Origin: Camelus ferus
Lineage: Eukaryota
Direction: 5' to 3'
NCBI RefSeq assembly: GCF_009834535.1
Contig: NC_045697.1
Location: 77,130,001-77,194,000, forward strand
Length of the DNA: 64,000 nucleotides
Made by a program: the position numbers and the translations under genes. Under the pieces are notes generated by a model. The model was not told the DNA's origin. It was given only the letters and a program-made list of their open reading frames with translations, and searched no databases. Below are positions 13,329-26,952 of the stretch, in pieces (the stretch's first letter is position 1; the number at the start of each line of letters is the position of its first letter).

Positions 13329-13433
13329 GCATGCAGTATGGTGAATATGTTAATAATCAAGCTAGCTCCGCACCAACTCCCTTGTCATCAACTTCCGATG
13401 ATGAGGAAGAGGAGGAGGAGGATGAGGAAGCAG
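13329..13433 (+). CDS. SEC24B: SEC24B exon 4 (105 nt, acidic cassette-type exon)
   Basis: tttacAG|GC ATG...GCA G|GTCTGC; GMQYGEYVNNQASSAPTPLSSTSDDEEEEEEDEEA. Confidence 0.95.
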
Positions 13434-14339
13434 GTCTGCTTTAGCTTTACACCAGTTCTTGATCTTTTCCTGCTCAAGTTTTCTTTTTATGTCCACAGTC
13501 CTACTAGATTAAAAAAAGTGTCTTTGCAGATTCAGCTCAATAAACTTGCTTGGTTTGGGTTATAGAAGGTTGGGTCACTTGAAATGAGGTGTTTTGCTTG
13601 TTTACTTGTTGTTGTTTTGTTTTTTTTTTTCTCCTTTGGACATCTTTGCCATTTTGTAAGTAATACATCTGTCATGATGATAGAGCGCCTTCTTTCAGAA
13701 ATGCACTTTCTCTCATGCCACATGCAAAAGAATGAGTCCCGACTGAAGCTGTTGGCTGATGAATGCTCTAGCACCCTTATAGGAGTAGTTTTATTTTCTG
13801 CTTTGCACGCTGCTTTAGTCTAATCAAAATGAACCATGTGGATTTTCTAAAAGTGACACAGAAATAGGGCAATGTTTCTCTGAAGTTCTTGTGGCCCTTC
13901 TTGTCATATTTTTAGAAGACCCCAAATCTGTAGCTATTTTCCTGCTTCAGGAAGTAGTTCACATCTTGCCAGTTGAAGAGATCATGCATGGGATGATGTG
14001 TTGCAGCCTGTTTAATATCTTTTTCTGCCTTTGATGAATGGAACACTGATGAATATTAAGTAGTTCAGTTTCTCTATTAATTCTGATATTTTAAGAGTGA
14101 ACCAATAAATGATGATCTTTCAAATTATTATACATGACCATGATTCTCCTTCTGTTAGCTTTATAACTGAGTGGCAGGATTTGCTATAAATAGTCCATTT
14201 AATTAAAAGTTTCCATTCCCTTTGCCATTTTTAAGTATTCAAATCCATATGCATGATTTGGGGGGCGGGGGTGAGAATAGAGGGTCCCAGATGGAGAGTA
14301 ATTTTTCTTACCTTAAACATGTAAATAGCCATTTATCTT

Positions 14340-15570
14340 TTTGAATTTGGTGTAATTTTTTACTTAATATAATTTCAATCTTATGAAAGAGTTGTAAGCA
14401 GAGTAAAAGAAACTCCCATATAGACTTTACCGAGATAAACCATTTTTGCCCCATTTGCTTCTCTCTATATACATTTTTTCCTACATCATTTGAATGTAAG
14501 GTGGAGATTCCATGAACCTTTACTTCTAAATACTTCAGTATGTATTTCCTGACTGTAAGGACAATGTCTTACATAACACAAACACAATACGGTTATCAAG
14601 AAATCAAATACTGAGGTGATAGTATCGCTACACAATCCTAGTCAAGTCTCAACAGTTGTCTCAGTAAGATCCTTTATAGCTGTTTCAGTGTTGCAGGATC
14701 CAGTGCAGGGTCATGCATTGAACTTAGTTGTCAACTATTTCTATTTAGACTCCCTCTACCTAGAACCATTCCCTAACCTTTCTTTCTCTTTCTTGACTCG
14801 TGACATTTTTTAGGAATACAGGCCAGTTATTTTGTAGAATGTCCCTCAGCTTATGTTTACCTGATGTGTACTCATGATTTGGGTAAAATCATGCATTTTT
14901 GGCAGGACTACCACTGAAGTCCTGTTGTGTTTGCAGGACGTTCTGTCCGAGGCACGTGATGTTGACTTGTTCCCATGTTGGTGATGCTAACTTTGGTCAC
15001 TTGAGTAAGATGGTGTCTGCCAGGTTTCTCAGCTGTGAAGTTACTGTTCTTCCCTTGAATTTAATTGGTAATTTGTGGTGAAATTCTTTGATACTGTGTA
15101 AATGTCCTGTTTTTTATTAAACTATGACGCATTAGTTTTAGCATTTACTGGTGGTTTTCTAGTTTTAACATTCTTTCTGTATTTATGAATTGAGGTTTCC
15201 TTGTAAAGAGCTTTCCCTTCTTTGTTGATTTCTTTGGGTTCATATTGACTCATGGATTCTTATTTTATTCAGTGTGTAATAATCCATTACTATCATTAGT
15301 TAATTTGGTAGCAACTTATCCTTAACCTGGCCAGTAGCAGCTCTTTCAAACTGGCTTTAAAATGTTCCCATGAATCTTTAAACACTTATTTTAAATACCT
15401 TAAGGTCTCAATAAGATGTGCCCGGCTCATCTTGTATTTAGGCAGCTGCAACCCTGGGATGAACCATTTCCTTTAGTCTTGATTCCTGTAGTGCAGAAGG
15501 GTATTTTAGAAACCAAGATCTGATTGTAATGTGTGGTCATTGCTACTGATGGGTCATTGCTCCCAGGCCC
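14340..15570 (-). mobile_element. Old L1MB/MC-type 3' region, antisense
   Basis: tacttctaaatacttcagtatgtatttcct...caggccagttattttgtagaatgtccctc...ctttggtcacttgagtaagatggtgtctgccagg. Confidence 0.65.
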
Positions 15571-18500
15571 TGAGTTACTGTTACTATTTATTGTATATAT
15601 TTTTCAGATTCTAGATACATCTCACTTTTTTATCTCATGATCCTTATTTTGCACATTTCGGAAATGTGTTATTTTGTGTAATGTTATTTGTCAACCTGAA
15701 TTGCTCCCATTTTTGTTCTGCTTACAATTAGGTGCAGTGGTTGATAATCCCATTTCCTTAAATTGGAAAAAAAAAAAGGGAAATCAAAAAGATTTAGCCT
15801 TTATGGCTTTTCTTCTGTCACCTTATCTTGTTTAACTACTTTTTTCTTGAATATATTAGATTAAAAATTCCTAAGTTCTTAACGCATGGCATTTGGATTT
15901 TAATAATGCTTAACATTTTTGAGTACTTACTGTGTGCCGGTGACAGCACTAAAGAGCTAAAAAGCTGTAGGTTTTTGTGTCACTTCTTCTAGATTCAGAT
16001 CTTGACTTTGTCACTTACTAGCTTGTGAACTTAGGCAAGTTTCTTAAACTCATTAATTTTAAAATGAGTTTCAATTTACTCATCTGTAAAATGGGAATAA
16101 TAATAGTTACAGTTATATATGGTTGTTTTCAAGATTGAAGGTATTCTTTGTAAAGAGCTTAGAGCGGTGTCTGACAAATGGTGAAATCCTCTGTAAAAGA
16201 ATAGCTGTCATTACTGGCACTGAGAACATGTTCGTATCTCAATTTATTCTTTATCTCTAGCCAGAGGTAATTGGCTCCATTTTGCGGATGAGTTGACTGC
16301 GATCTGAACAAGTAGAGTAACATTTGTCTCTGGTCACACAACTCCTAGGAACAGAGTAGGGATTCAGACTGAGGGCTCTCTGTCTGCAGAAAGGTATGAA
16401 GAAGAAAGAGTCTTCATCTCCTAGTGAGAAACACGAAGCTCTGGGGTAGGACAGAACTAAAGGGCACGTGGCAGTGGTCACCGCGGTATCACTTACATGT
16501 GGGCTTTCTCCTGTGCCTTTCTTATTAGGCAGCAAAATAATAAGACTATACTATGCATAGTTTTACTAGGATCCTGTTGTTGTCTCTTCATGGTTTGTAA
16601 AAAAAAAATCATATTTCTGTTGTTTGCAGATTAAAAGAACATTCTGCGTGAGAGGAAAGAAAAAATGGAAAGAAAATCTAGCTTTAAAATGAATTTTAGT
16701 TTTATTTTTGAGACCCCACTCCGTTGCAGTACTTTTTTCCATATGTAAAGAGGTAAAAGAAAGTGGCTTAAGTTGGCATGGGGATTACACACAAGTATTT
16801 CTACCAAGTAGAGATCTGGAATGCTCTACTTTTTAAGCATTTCAGTGGTATTCATTTCCTATAATCATGAGATTTTTGTGTGTGTGGTTTATGTGGAATT
16901 GTTCACCAATTTCAGAAAAGCTTATTGAACAACAGTGAATATCAGCTAGCAGATTTGGAAATCAGTAATATTTTTCTTCACAGTTGTAGTTAAAGTAACT
17001 ATCCACTTATTTTAGCTTTTCATTTATTAAAGGTTAGGGTTTCCTTGACAGCAGGTCTAACCAGGAACCAAGTACAGGGATACTTATTTAAAACTTGCAG
17101 TTTTCAAAGAAAACTTTGATTTCAGTTCTAATTTTACATAAACCATCTAATTATATTTTTTAAGTCACATGCTACAAATAGGCTTCCTTTTTAAAGTTTC
17201 CTCATTAAATGCACACTTGGAAACTAAAATAGTATTTTGTACTAGAGACAGTCTTATGTTTTGTTGGAGTTTCTAAAAGTCAGAATTGTTGGAGAATAAA
17301 CTTAAAATTAAAGAAAGCTTGGGCAGATAGCAAGCTGTCAGGTTCCCATAGTGGTTATATCTGAAATTCTTCACTAGGTTTATTCAGTCACAGGGATTCA
17401 CTCCTTCAGTTGTTAGTGCCAGAGAGAGCGTGGACCTGTCCTGGGTTTTAGATACGGTGCTGAAGACAAGTACTGTCGTACCTGTAACAGGAGGGAGTAC
17501 TGACTTGAACATGGAGTGAAAGGGAGTAAGAGTGAAATAAAAATTGAGAAGTGAAATAAAGTGAAAGAGGGGGAAGGAAACAAGGACTAGTTCAGGCTCC
17601 AGGCTGTGGCCGGCCCTAGGCCCTGGGAGGCCCGGTCGGCTAATGCCCTGTCACCTGCTATACGTACTCCCAGTCCCCTTTCCTCTAGGAAGTGTTCAGA
17701 GTGGGGCGACTCCAGGGGACAACGGGAAGCTCTCCCCCACGGCTCTGGTGATGTGACAGCTTGATGCTATATTTTGTAAATGATGTTAGAAAAAAATTTG
17801 CTCTTTCATAATGAGGTTTAAGGTGCTAGTCAGTTTTTATTTGACTTTCACACAAGCTAATAGTAATTATTCAGTGCCAGGTACTACGTCAGAGATCATA
17901 ATATGTTTATGGTTTGCTTGGGTAATTTAAGAGGTAATATTGTATTTTGACACAAAATGTGTTAAGTCAACCTCTGTAGATTGGACAGTATTGGCCACTT
18001 AGCTCTAACTTCCAAAGAAAAGTCTATTTTTAATTCAAGTATGTAAAACAGTATTAACTGTAATCATTATGCTATACATTAGAACCCTAGATCCCTAGAA
18101 CTTACTCATTGTCCTCTTTGACCAACATCTTCCCTTTTCTTCCACCCTCATCCCTAAAAAAAGTCTTTAAAAGGGTTCAAATCTTTCTCTTTAACTCATG
18201 TACTATTTGATTATTTTAACAAATAAATATCTTTCAACTAAATATAATGCATATTTAATATATTTTTAAAATTTTAGAAATTGAATGCATGTCCTGGGTC
18301 TCTGAAGGATAGAAAAAGATATCTATGCCATTATGAAAAGTATTAGTTTGAGGGTTAAAAAGAAAATGTGGTAATATATTTGTAGGTGGTACCTGTTACC
18401 TGATGAACATATAACTTGCAAGCATCCTGTTTATATAATTGCTATCGTTGGAAACTCCAACTTTCTGTACAGGACTACAGAAGAGGGAGACTTGGTATCA

Positions 18501-20474
18501 GTGTCCAGAGTTAGAATTCAAGAAGTACTTTCAAGTAGAAATAGTGTTCAAATGGTGATTGGATGTCTAGGCTAGTCCCAAAACTAATTAAGTACTAAAC
18601 ATTTGCAAATGCTTTATTTTTTACAGCGTGTTGTAAATTTATAGTATTTAATCAATAATATGGATTATGGGTTTTATAAGTGCCCGTGAACTAACTTGGG
18701 ATAATAAGTACCAGTTATTTCATTATTTCTCTGAAGAAGTGTGTTCTAAGTTCTGAACAACCAATTTGTAAACAAATTAATAATGCCCCATTTGTGAGCT
18801 TGATTAAAAACGAGAAGCTCACAGTCTACTTTGGAATGTAGAACAAAATTTTAAGTCCTGTGTTAATCATGGTGTTTTTTGGAATACACAGGAGAATCTG
18901 GAGCCAAATGTTGGGATGGGATGGGATGGATTGGAGATGATAGGGAGGGTTGGGGGTTGGAGGAAGGTAGAGGGACCTGAACTGAATCTAAGAGAAGTTG
19001 GAATTGGGCAGGAGAGAGGCCTGGGGAGAGGCAGAGGTACTTTTTAAAAGAAGCAAGAAGCTTGAGAGAAGGTGGCGTATTTGTGGAAGTTTAGTGAGTC
19101 TGGGACCTATGGTCTGCAGAGGATAGTGCCAAGAATTGAATGAGGTTGGGTAGGATGGCTGGGTGAGATCTTTAAGAATCTTGAATTTCATATTTAGGAG
19201 TTTGTATTTTATCTTGAAGGTAGTGAAGAGTCACTGAAGGAGTTTACAAGGAAAAATAACATAACCAAATTTGCATTTTAGATGTACAAATTGATTTTCA
19301 TTTACAGAAAAAATTTTTGAAACTAGAGGCTATTGGAATAAGCCAGTGAGAAAAGTGAGTTCTTAGACTAAGGTAGCAGGAAGATTGGAGACAGGGAGAG
19401 TGTTAGCATAGTAATACAGAAAGAAGGGAACCATTTTTGCAAATCGAAAGTAACTGGGTTGGCAGTGATAAATGTTAAGGAAAGTTTGGTTTAAGTTGAG
19501 AACAAACCATTGGCTTTATTAATCAGGAGGTTCTTGCCTTGTTCTTTCTTTCCCTCCTCATTTGTAGCTCTGTTTTAGGATAGAGAAAGGAAAGAGAAAA
19601 TGAAGAAGTTTTTTTTTGAATCACTGCTAGTATCTGTGTAATTTATATCTGTTGTATCTGTATAATCTTAACATTAGCCCTGTGGAGTATGTGTTGTAAA
19701 ATCTGTTGTTAAAAATAAGGAATGACTCAGATTCAGGAGTCTTGTCCATTTTATCTCATCTGGTAAGTGGTAGAGATGGAATTTGACTTACACTTTTTCC
19801 ATATTTTATGCAAGTTATAAGGAAATAAAATCTCAAATTATTAATTTCAAGTTGAGCAATGCTAGTAAAAGCATTAGACTGTGTTAACCTGTGGAGAGAG
19901 GGCAGCTTAAGTCTTTTAGAAGGCTTCAGTGCGTCCTGATATTTTTTCCCAGCTTTACAGGTTCTGAGCTATTCTTCTGATCCAGTCTCTTCCTTCTTTC
20001 CTCAGATTTAGCTCCCCTTCTTTCCCTCCTTCCTCTTTGCTTCTCTTGACCAGTGACATAGAGCCAGTAAAAGAATGAGCAGAAGTGCTTCCCAAGTGCA
20101 CATTTATTCTCACCCTCCATATGACCTCAGGAATATATATAATCACTAATTGTAGTGTGAAGTGACTAAGGCCGACTTGGACCTATCGAAGGTTTAAGAG
20201 TGGGGACAAGTACCAAAGTTTCTCATTCAACTAAAATCAGCTTGTATGCAGAAAGCAGTATTTTTCTTGGTATCATGGTTCCAAAGAGCAATACAGTAGC
20301 ATAACTGCCTCTATATACTCGTAATATAATAGGGAAGCAGGTATCATATATGATTATAGTGCAGCTTGTAAAGTACAATAATTCAGGGTTGAGAAAATGT
20401 CCTGTAGGAGAGGAAATGATTTTCCATGAGCATATCAGAAGAGTTTCATGGAGGATTTGAAATCTGAAGGATGA

Positions 20475-20610
20475 GGGAGGAAGGTAGAACTCAGTGGTAG
20501 AGCCCGTACTTAGCAGGAGATCCTAGGTTCAATTCTCAGTACTGCCATTTTAAAAAAAGAAAAGAAAAGTTAAAAAAAAAAACAAAAACAAAAATCTCTT
20601 AAAAAAAGAA
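20475..20610 (+). mobile_element. tRNA-Ala-derived SINE (camelid Vic-1-like), diverged
   Basis: gggagg...ctcagtggtagagc...cttagca...tcctaggttcaattctcagtac followed by an A-rich tail. Confidence 0.75.
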
Positions 20611-21484
20611 TGAAACTTGATGAATGGGAATTTGCCATGTGGAGAAAAGAAATCTAAGCTAACAGACCAGTTGGTACAGTGCATATAACACAGGAAAAAA
20701 TGTTGTACTGGGATGAAGAGTGAGAAGATTGGTGTGACTGTGTCACAGGGTAAAAGAGGGAAGATGGTACAGGAGCAGGTGAGAGATGGAGGAGAAAAGG
20801 AAAGTGGAAACCTAATTTTGAAGTTTCTTTTATGACAACACAAAGGCATTTAGACCTTATTCTGTAAGATGGTAGGGGAATTAGTGAAGGTATTTTTAAG
20901 CATGTCTGGAATATTGACATGTTTCATAATGTACCTTTTAAAGAAAATACCATTTTGATTTGTGTTGGCAGTGTTGGCATAACCTGATTAGAATTAATCT
21001 GGACAATTAAGTTCTAGCAAAATTTGAGTCTATTTAGTTTAGTGGATTTATAACTTATTGTTCACTTTGGTGTTTTAACAAGTTCTGAATAGAGATTTGC
21101 ATTTGTACTTTTCTTCTAAAAGTGAATTTTAAACGAGCAGGTTTCAAATTATCCAATAAAATAAGAATATTTCTATCACATTAATACTTTAAAGTTTGTT
21201 ACTATAGCATTATTATTAAAATGGGCAATATTTTTAAGCATTAATATTTGATTTTGACATGAAAGAAGCTAAGGAGTATACTTAAGCAGTATTATGTTCT
21301 GTGAAATAATTTGATATGTGTCAGTAATGTTTTTCCCTTTGGATTTAATTTTTTTCAAGAATCATTATTTCTAGATATTTACATTTTAAAGTTTTTCTTG
21401 ATGAGAGAGAATATTATGGTATTTTTTAAATCAACGATGTACATTTTTTCCTATTAAAATCTGCTCTTATTTTTGCCCTTTTGC

Positions 21485-22510
21485 TTTTTTGTTTTAATTG
21501 AAGTACAGTCACTTTATAGCATTTTGTTAGTTTCAGGGGTACAGCACAGTGATTCGGTTATTGTTTTCTGATTACACTCTGTTTTAGATTGTTGCAAGAT
21601 AGTGAAGATAATTCCCTGTGCTATACAGTAGGACCTTGTTGCTTATCTACTTTATGTATAATACTTTGTATGCAAATATATTCTCTCATTCTGTTGTCTG
21701 TCTCCTTACTTTCTTGATGGTATTGTTTGGAACACTAATGTTTTATTTTAATGAAGTCCAGTATATCTATTTTCTGTCTTCTGTTGCTTGTGCCTTTGAT
21801 GTCACATCTAAAAATCCATTGCCTAATCCGGGGTCATGAAGATTTACTCCTGTATTTGAAGAGTTTTAGTGCTTACATTTAGGTCTGTGATCTATTTTGA
21901 GTTAATTCTAGCGTAAGGTGTAAGGAAGGGGTCTAACTTCATTCACCTGCATGTGGATATCTAGTTGTTCCAGCACCATTTGTTGAAGAGAATATTCTTT
22001 CCCCATTGAAATGTCTGCATATTGATCTGTTTTGAGGTGAAATCTGCGTAACATAAAATTAACCATTTTAAAGTGTACAGTTCAGTGGCGTTTAGCATGT
22101 TCGCAATGTTGGGCAACCACCACCTCTGTCTAATTCTGTCACTTTGGTTGTTGTGCAGTCACCACTTCTATCTAGTTCTGACTTTGTAAATGTACTGAAC
22201 TAGATGGTACGAAACACTTTCATCATCCCCAAAGAAAACTATACGCGTGAAGCAGTAACCTCTGATTTCCCCCTCCTCTCAGGCCCTGGCAACCACCAGT
22301 CTACCTTCTATCTCTGTATAGATTTACCTATTCTGGATATTTCATATAAATAGAACCATACAATGTGTAACCTTTTGTGTCTGGCTTCTTTCACTTAGCA
22401 TGTTTTCAAGGGTGACTCATATTATTGCATGGATCAGTATATCATTCCTTTTTATAGCTGAAAATACTATGTTGTATAGATAGACATCTGTTGATGAATA
22501 TTTGGGTTTT
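21485..22510 (-). mobile_element. Cluster of antisense L1 fragments (3' end, ORF2 piece, L1MB-type 3' end)
   Basis: ttaattgaagtacagtc...; gttccagcaccatttgttgaagag; ggcaaccaccagtctaccttctatctctg...ctggcttctttcacttagcatg. Confidence 0.75.
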
Positions 22511-24009
22511 GGTGTACTGTTTTCTAATGCTAGCCCTTCAATATTTTTGACCTTATATATCAGCATTCTTCTTTAGTTATAAATCAACAAATACAAGGAA
22601 CAGAAAGGAAGAGCCTTTGCTTCCCATTTTTAAGAGTAATGACATACACATGCAATGATTTTCTGTTTACCACAAAGAAAGCACTTAGAATGTATTAGTG
22701 TCTTTCACCTACTATTTATTTCATAGCCTTCATGTTTTATAAGTTGCTTCCTATCCACTGTCTCATTTAAGCATCACAAGAACATTAAAAATCACACATA
22801 GGGCATTTAAAAAATTGTTCTTATTTTGCAGAGGAGAGTACTATTGATGATTGTCATTTATCCAAAGTTATTTAGCAAGTAAATGATAAAGTGCAATATA
22901 ACTACAGTCTTTTGCTTCCAACTCATGTTCTTTACTGATAATAAAAAATTCCTACACAAAAAACTTTGGCTGTTATGCCCTGAGTCAGTATACCAAATTC
23001 TTGTAGTTAACCAAAATTATTCAATGAAAGATTATGCTTACCTATTCTTTTTCTATCACCATTGAAAATGAACCTAAAATGTAGTTTAAACCTTGGTTAT
23101 CATGTCGCTGTGAAGAGCCCAGGATCACCTCTGTACCACAGAATTTTGTCTTATGGTGAAAAAGACCAAGATCTCTAACAGAAGAGAAGGGCCATGCGCA
23201 TTTTCAGTGTTATTCATCAGTATGTACTCTAGCGTTCCCACCTAGGATAACTGTGGGCTCTCAACAAAATATTTGTTGAGATTCTGAATGAGTGGGAGAA
23301 GTATATTGTATGTTCTACTATCTGTGTGACTTACCACTAAATTCTATTATAAATTGCCACTGAACATTCCTATTAATCTTACAAGTTTTGAATGAATACA
23401 CATAATAAAAAGTCTTACAGTCTAACACTTATTTATTGGAGTACCTTATTAAATATACCAGGTACTGTTTGAGCTTTACTGAGGAAATGAATAAACTGAC
23501 TCACAGAAATGCTAAGTAATATGCTAGGGGGCAACCCAAGCCATAGACTCCTCTCATATGAAGGTTTCATACAGCTATGCTGAGTTATAAAGTCATTAGA
23601 ATTTGATTATCTTAAAATAGCCTAATATTGATAAAAGGGATTTAATAGCCTGGGACTTGGTAGAGCCGATCTTCAGAGAGTGATTATATTAACATTTCTA
23701 TCAATCTAAAATTGATATTTGTGTTTGACTACTTTTAAAGTTTGATATTTGTTTAAGATGCCTTCACATGTGTCTGAGTAAATTTTATTCCACCCATCAG
23801 TCGCATATTCTTCCCGCTCTCATCCCCTGTTCTTATTAGCAGAAATTTTTATATGGTTTTTACAGTGTCATCAGACATCAGTCATTCTGATTTTTACTAG
23901 AGCCAGGAATTTTCCTAGATCAGCAAAACATCTTTCTCAAAATTGCCAAAGGTCGCTTTAAGATACATTATCATTTTACACTTAGTAGATATTTTGGTTT
24001 TCCTTTTAG

Positions 24010-24090
24010 GTGTTGACAGCTCTTCTACCACAAGCAGTGCTTCTCCGATGCCCAACAGTTACGATGCCCTAGAAGGAGGCAGTTACCCAG
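24010..24090 (+). CDS. SEC24B: SEC24B exon 5 (81 nt)
   Basis: ttttAG|GT GTT...CCA G|GTAATT; GVDSSSTTSSASPMPNSYDALEGGSYP. Confidence 0.95.
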
Positions 24091-25019
24091 GTAATTTGTT
24101 TCCTGCTTATTTGATGTTTACTCAAAAAGTGACTGACCATCAGTTGCTTTCAAACATGAGCATATATTGTACATAGTTATCAGACTATATTTTTAACAGA
24201 AAAAAAAGACATTTTCCTGGTATTTCTCAGCCTTAACTTAATAGCGCTAATTGCCTTGTAATGACTATGAATGCTATTTCTGGAAGGCCTAAGGAAATAT
24301 ATTATTCCATTTTTATTATTATGTTCCTTATCTTTTTCCTCTTTCTAAGAGACATAATACTGAAATTTTTCTCTTCTTTTCCCTTCTTTTTTATGCTGAT
24401 AACTCCTTAAATAAATTTTATATTTCTGTTCTCATGCTTAGGTCCTTGAATTTCTTCCAACTAGCCTCTGAATATAAATAGTTTTTGACTCTTTACTCCC
24501 CCCCTGGCTCCTTGCTGCCTCCAACAGGTAAATAGGTTACCCAACTTGGGAGTAGATTTTGGAGGCATTCCTTTTAATCGTATCTTGAAATAACTTTGCA
24601 TTACATAGGAGCAGGAGTGGTGGATAGTGTTAAAAAAATTACAAACTTAACTTTCATAATGAATAGTCATTTCATTATTATGTCATGTACTGGTATCTTC
24701 GTAATTTGCCTGTTTGCTATCACCGGCAACCAGGCAGCCACACCTGACCTCCCTCTTTCTCTTCCCTTGTGATTCCAAACTTTAAGACTAACAGAACAAG
24801 GAATTTTGCCCTTGTTTTTCTTATAACATTGTTAATTATCCAGGATGAAGCTTAATTGAAGTTGGAGAACGCTGGACTTAACACACTATCTTGCTATCAT
24901 TATTCTATGAATCAGAAAACTAATCTTCTCAGCTTAGTATAGAGTTCCCTTTTAATATTTCAAGAATACTTAAATAAGCTACTCAATCTTTTGTGGGTAA
25001 GGTTTTTTTTCCCTAGGGA

Positions 25020-25020
<1 letters not shown>

Positions 25021-25060
<40 letters not shown>
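25021..25060 (+). repeat. (TG)20 microsatellite
   Basis: Seen directly. Confidence 0.97.
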
Positions 25061-25062
<2 letters not shown>

Positions 25063-26728
25063 GTGTTGGAGGTTGTGGACCATTCTAAAAGCAATTGCCA
25101 TTATCAAATAGAAGTTAGAAGTTACTTCATTCACTAAAGGATGAATACTGTGACTGTAGTATTTCATGGTCTTCAAATTAACCTGAGGTAAAATGCCCCA
25201 TGCAATGTATTTAAAAGATTATGGCCTTGCTTTGTTTGTCTGTATTCATTTAATCAACAAATCTTAATCTTGTTATGAACTGTGCTTTGACCGTAAGTGA
25301 ATGACCTTGGGCAAGTATTCCAGCTATTTGTACTGCACCGAAATTAAGGAAAGATGTGAGTATCTGTCACAGTCAGATTAAATGAATTGAAAGTATGTCA
25401 GGTACTAGGTAGGTCTTAGGACTGTAGAAATGTATGAAACAGTATTCCTTTCCCAAAAAAGGAGAGAAGTTTTAGACCCCCATGTTTAGGACCCGAGTTC
25501 TTTATTTCTTATGCTGATGACTGTTGTCACTTTTATTCCCATCACTGGGAGGAGAGACAAGCAGGAGATCTAAGCTTGTCCTTTGAAGAAGCTGCATTGA
25601 AGCTCTTGTCCTTTTAAGAAGCCTGGGGGGTGACCAGGAAGCTAGCGCTTGCCTAATTAGCACAAGATGATAGCCCAGTGCCTAGGAACGTGTCTTCAAA
25701 ATGAGAGTCCACAGAGTCAGTAGAAAGATACGACTCCTCAACCACCTTCTAAAAAAAGTAAATTTATTAAGTCAGATGCTTTTAGGAATGTATTCTTCGC
25801 AGAGTCTGATTGCTGGTGAGGAGTATAGTTTTAAATGAAAACTAGACTAAAATACACATTTATTTTAGATTTGACTTAAAAATAAGACTTAGTATAACAA
25901 AATGTTACTAATCATTGTGTGCAGTAGAGTAATAGACTTTCTTTTTGTTGTTATTCTTACATGTGATGATTAAATTTTCTATAGTTTTTTCACAGTTTTT
26001 ATCAAGTTTTAGTTTTTGTTATAAATTTAAATAAAGGAAGAACATTCATTCATTAAATTTTACTTGTTCTCTACTACATACCAGACGTTCTAGGAGCTGA
26101 ACACTATTCCAGCAACTGTCTTTCATATTTTCACAGTTTTGCCTCTGCAAATAAAGCAGACTTCTAGGGGACTGTGGAAATAAGCCACTCTTGCCATGGA
26201 CTTTTTAAAAATAGATGTCAGGGTCAGAAAAAAAGCAAGTTAGAGAAAAGAGTAGTTAGCACCCTTTTTATTGCTTTGCTTTGTCTTCTGCTTCTTGTCC
26301 CCATTTCTGCTGAGAGAATAAAAAGAAAAATAAATTTTTATATACATAAATATTTATATTATAATATATACTATATTTCTTATATATGTATTTAATATGT
26401 ATAAATATGAAGGGCTTATCTATTAGAAATACCAGTTGAAGTATTTGTTGTGAAATAATACAAAATGGGGTTTTCTTGTAAATACTTTTGTTAAAAAAAG
26501 ATAAAGTGGGAACATGTGAAACAAGATGAGCAAAATATTAATGATTATTAAACCTGAGTGATGTGTATATGGGGTTAATTATTCTATTTTCTCTACTTTT
26601 ATGTTCAAAATTTCTCATAATAAAAACTTAAAAATGGCATTGGGGAATGCCAAAAGTTATGGACCACCCAGGAGCCTTTATGGAGTCCTGATTTTCTGTT
26701 GTTAACACCATTATTTTCCTTTTGTTAG

Positions 26729-26952
26729 ATATGCTCTCCTCATCAGCAAGCAGTCCTGCTCCTGAGCCCGCTCCTGAACCTGACCCGGCTCCAGCTCCAG
26801 CCCCCGCTGTTCCTCAGCCTTCAAAACTGGCTAAGCCGTTTGGATATGGTTACCCAGCTCTTCAGCCTGGATATCAGAATGCCACAACACCACTCAATTC
26901 TGGAGTACCGCCCAGTAGCCCAGGGTATTCTGGATTCCAGCAGTATGCTCAA
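26729..26952 (+). CDS. SEC24B: SEC24B exon 6 (224 nt)
   Basis: tgttAG|AT ATG...CAA|GTATGT; DMLSSSASSPAPEPAPEPDPAPAPAPAVPQPSKLAKPFGYGYP...FQQYAQ. Confidence 0.95.
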
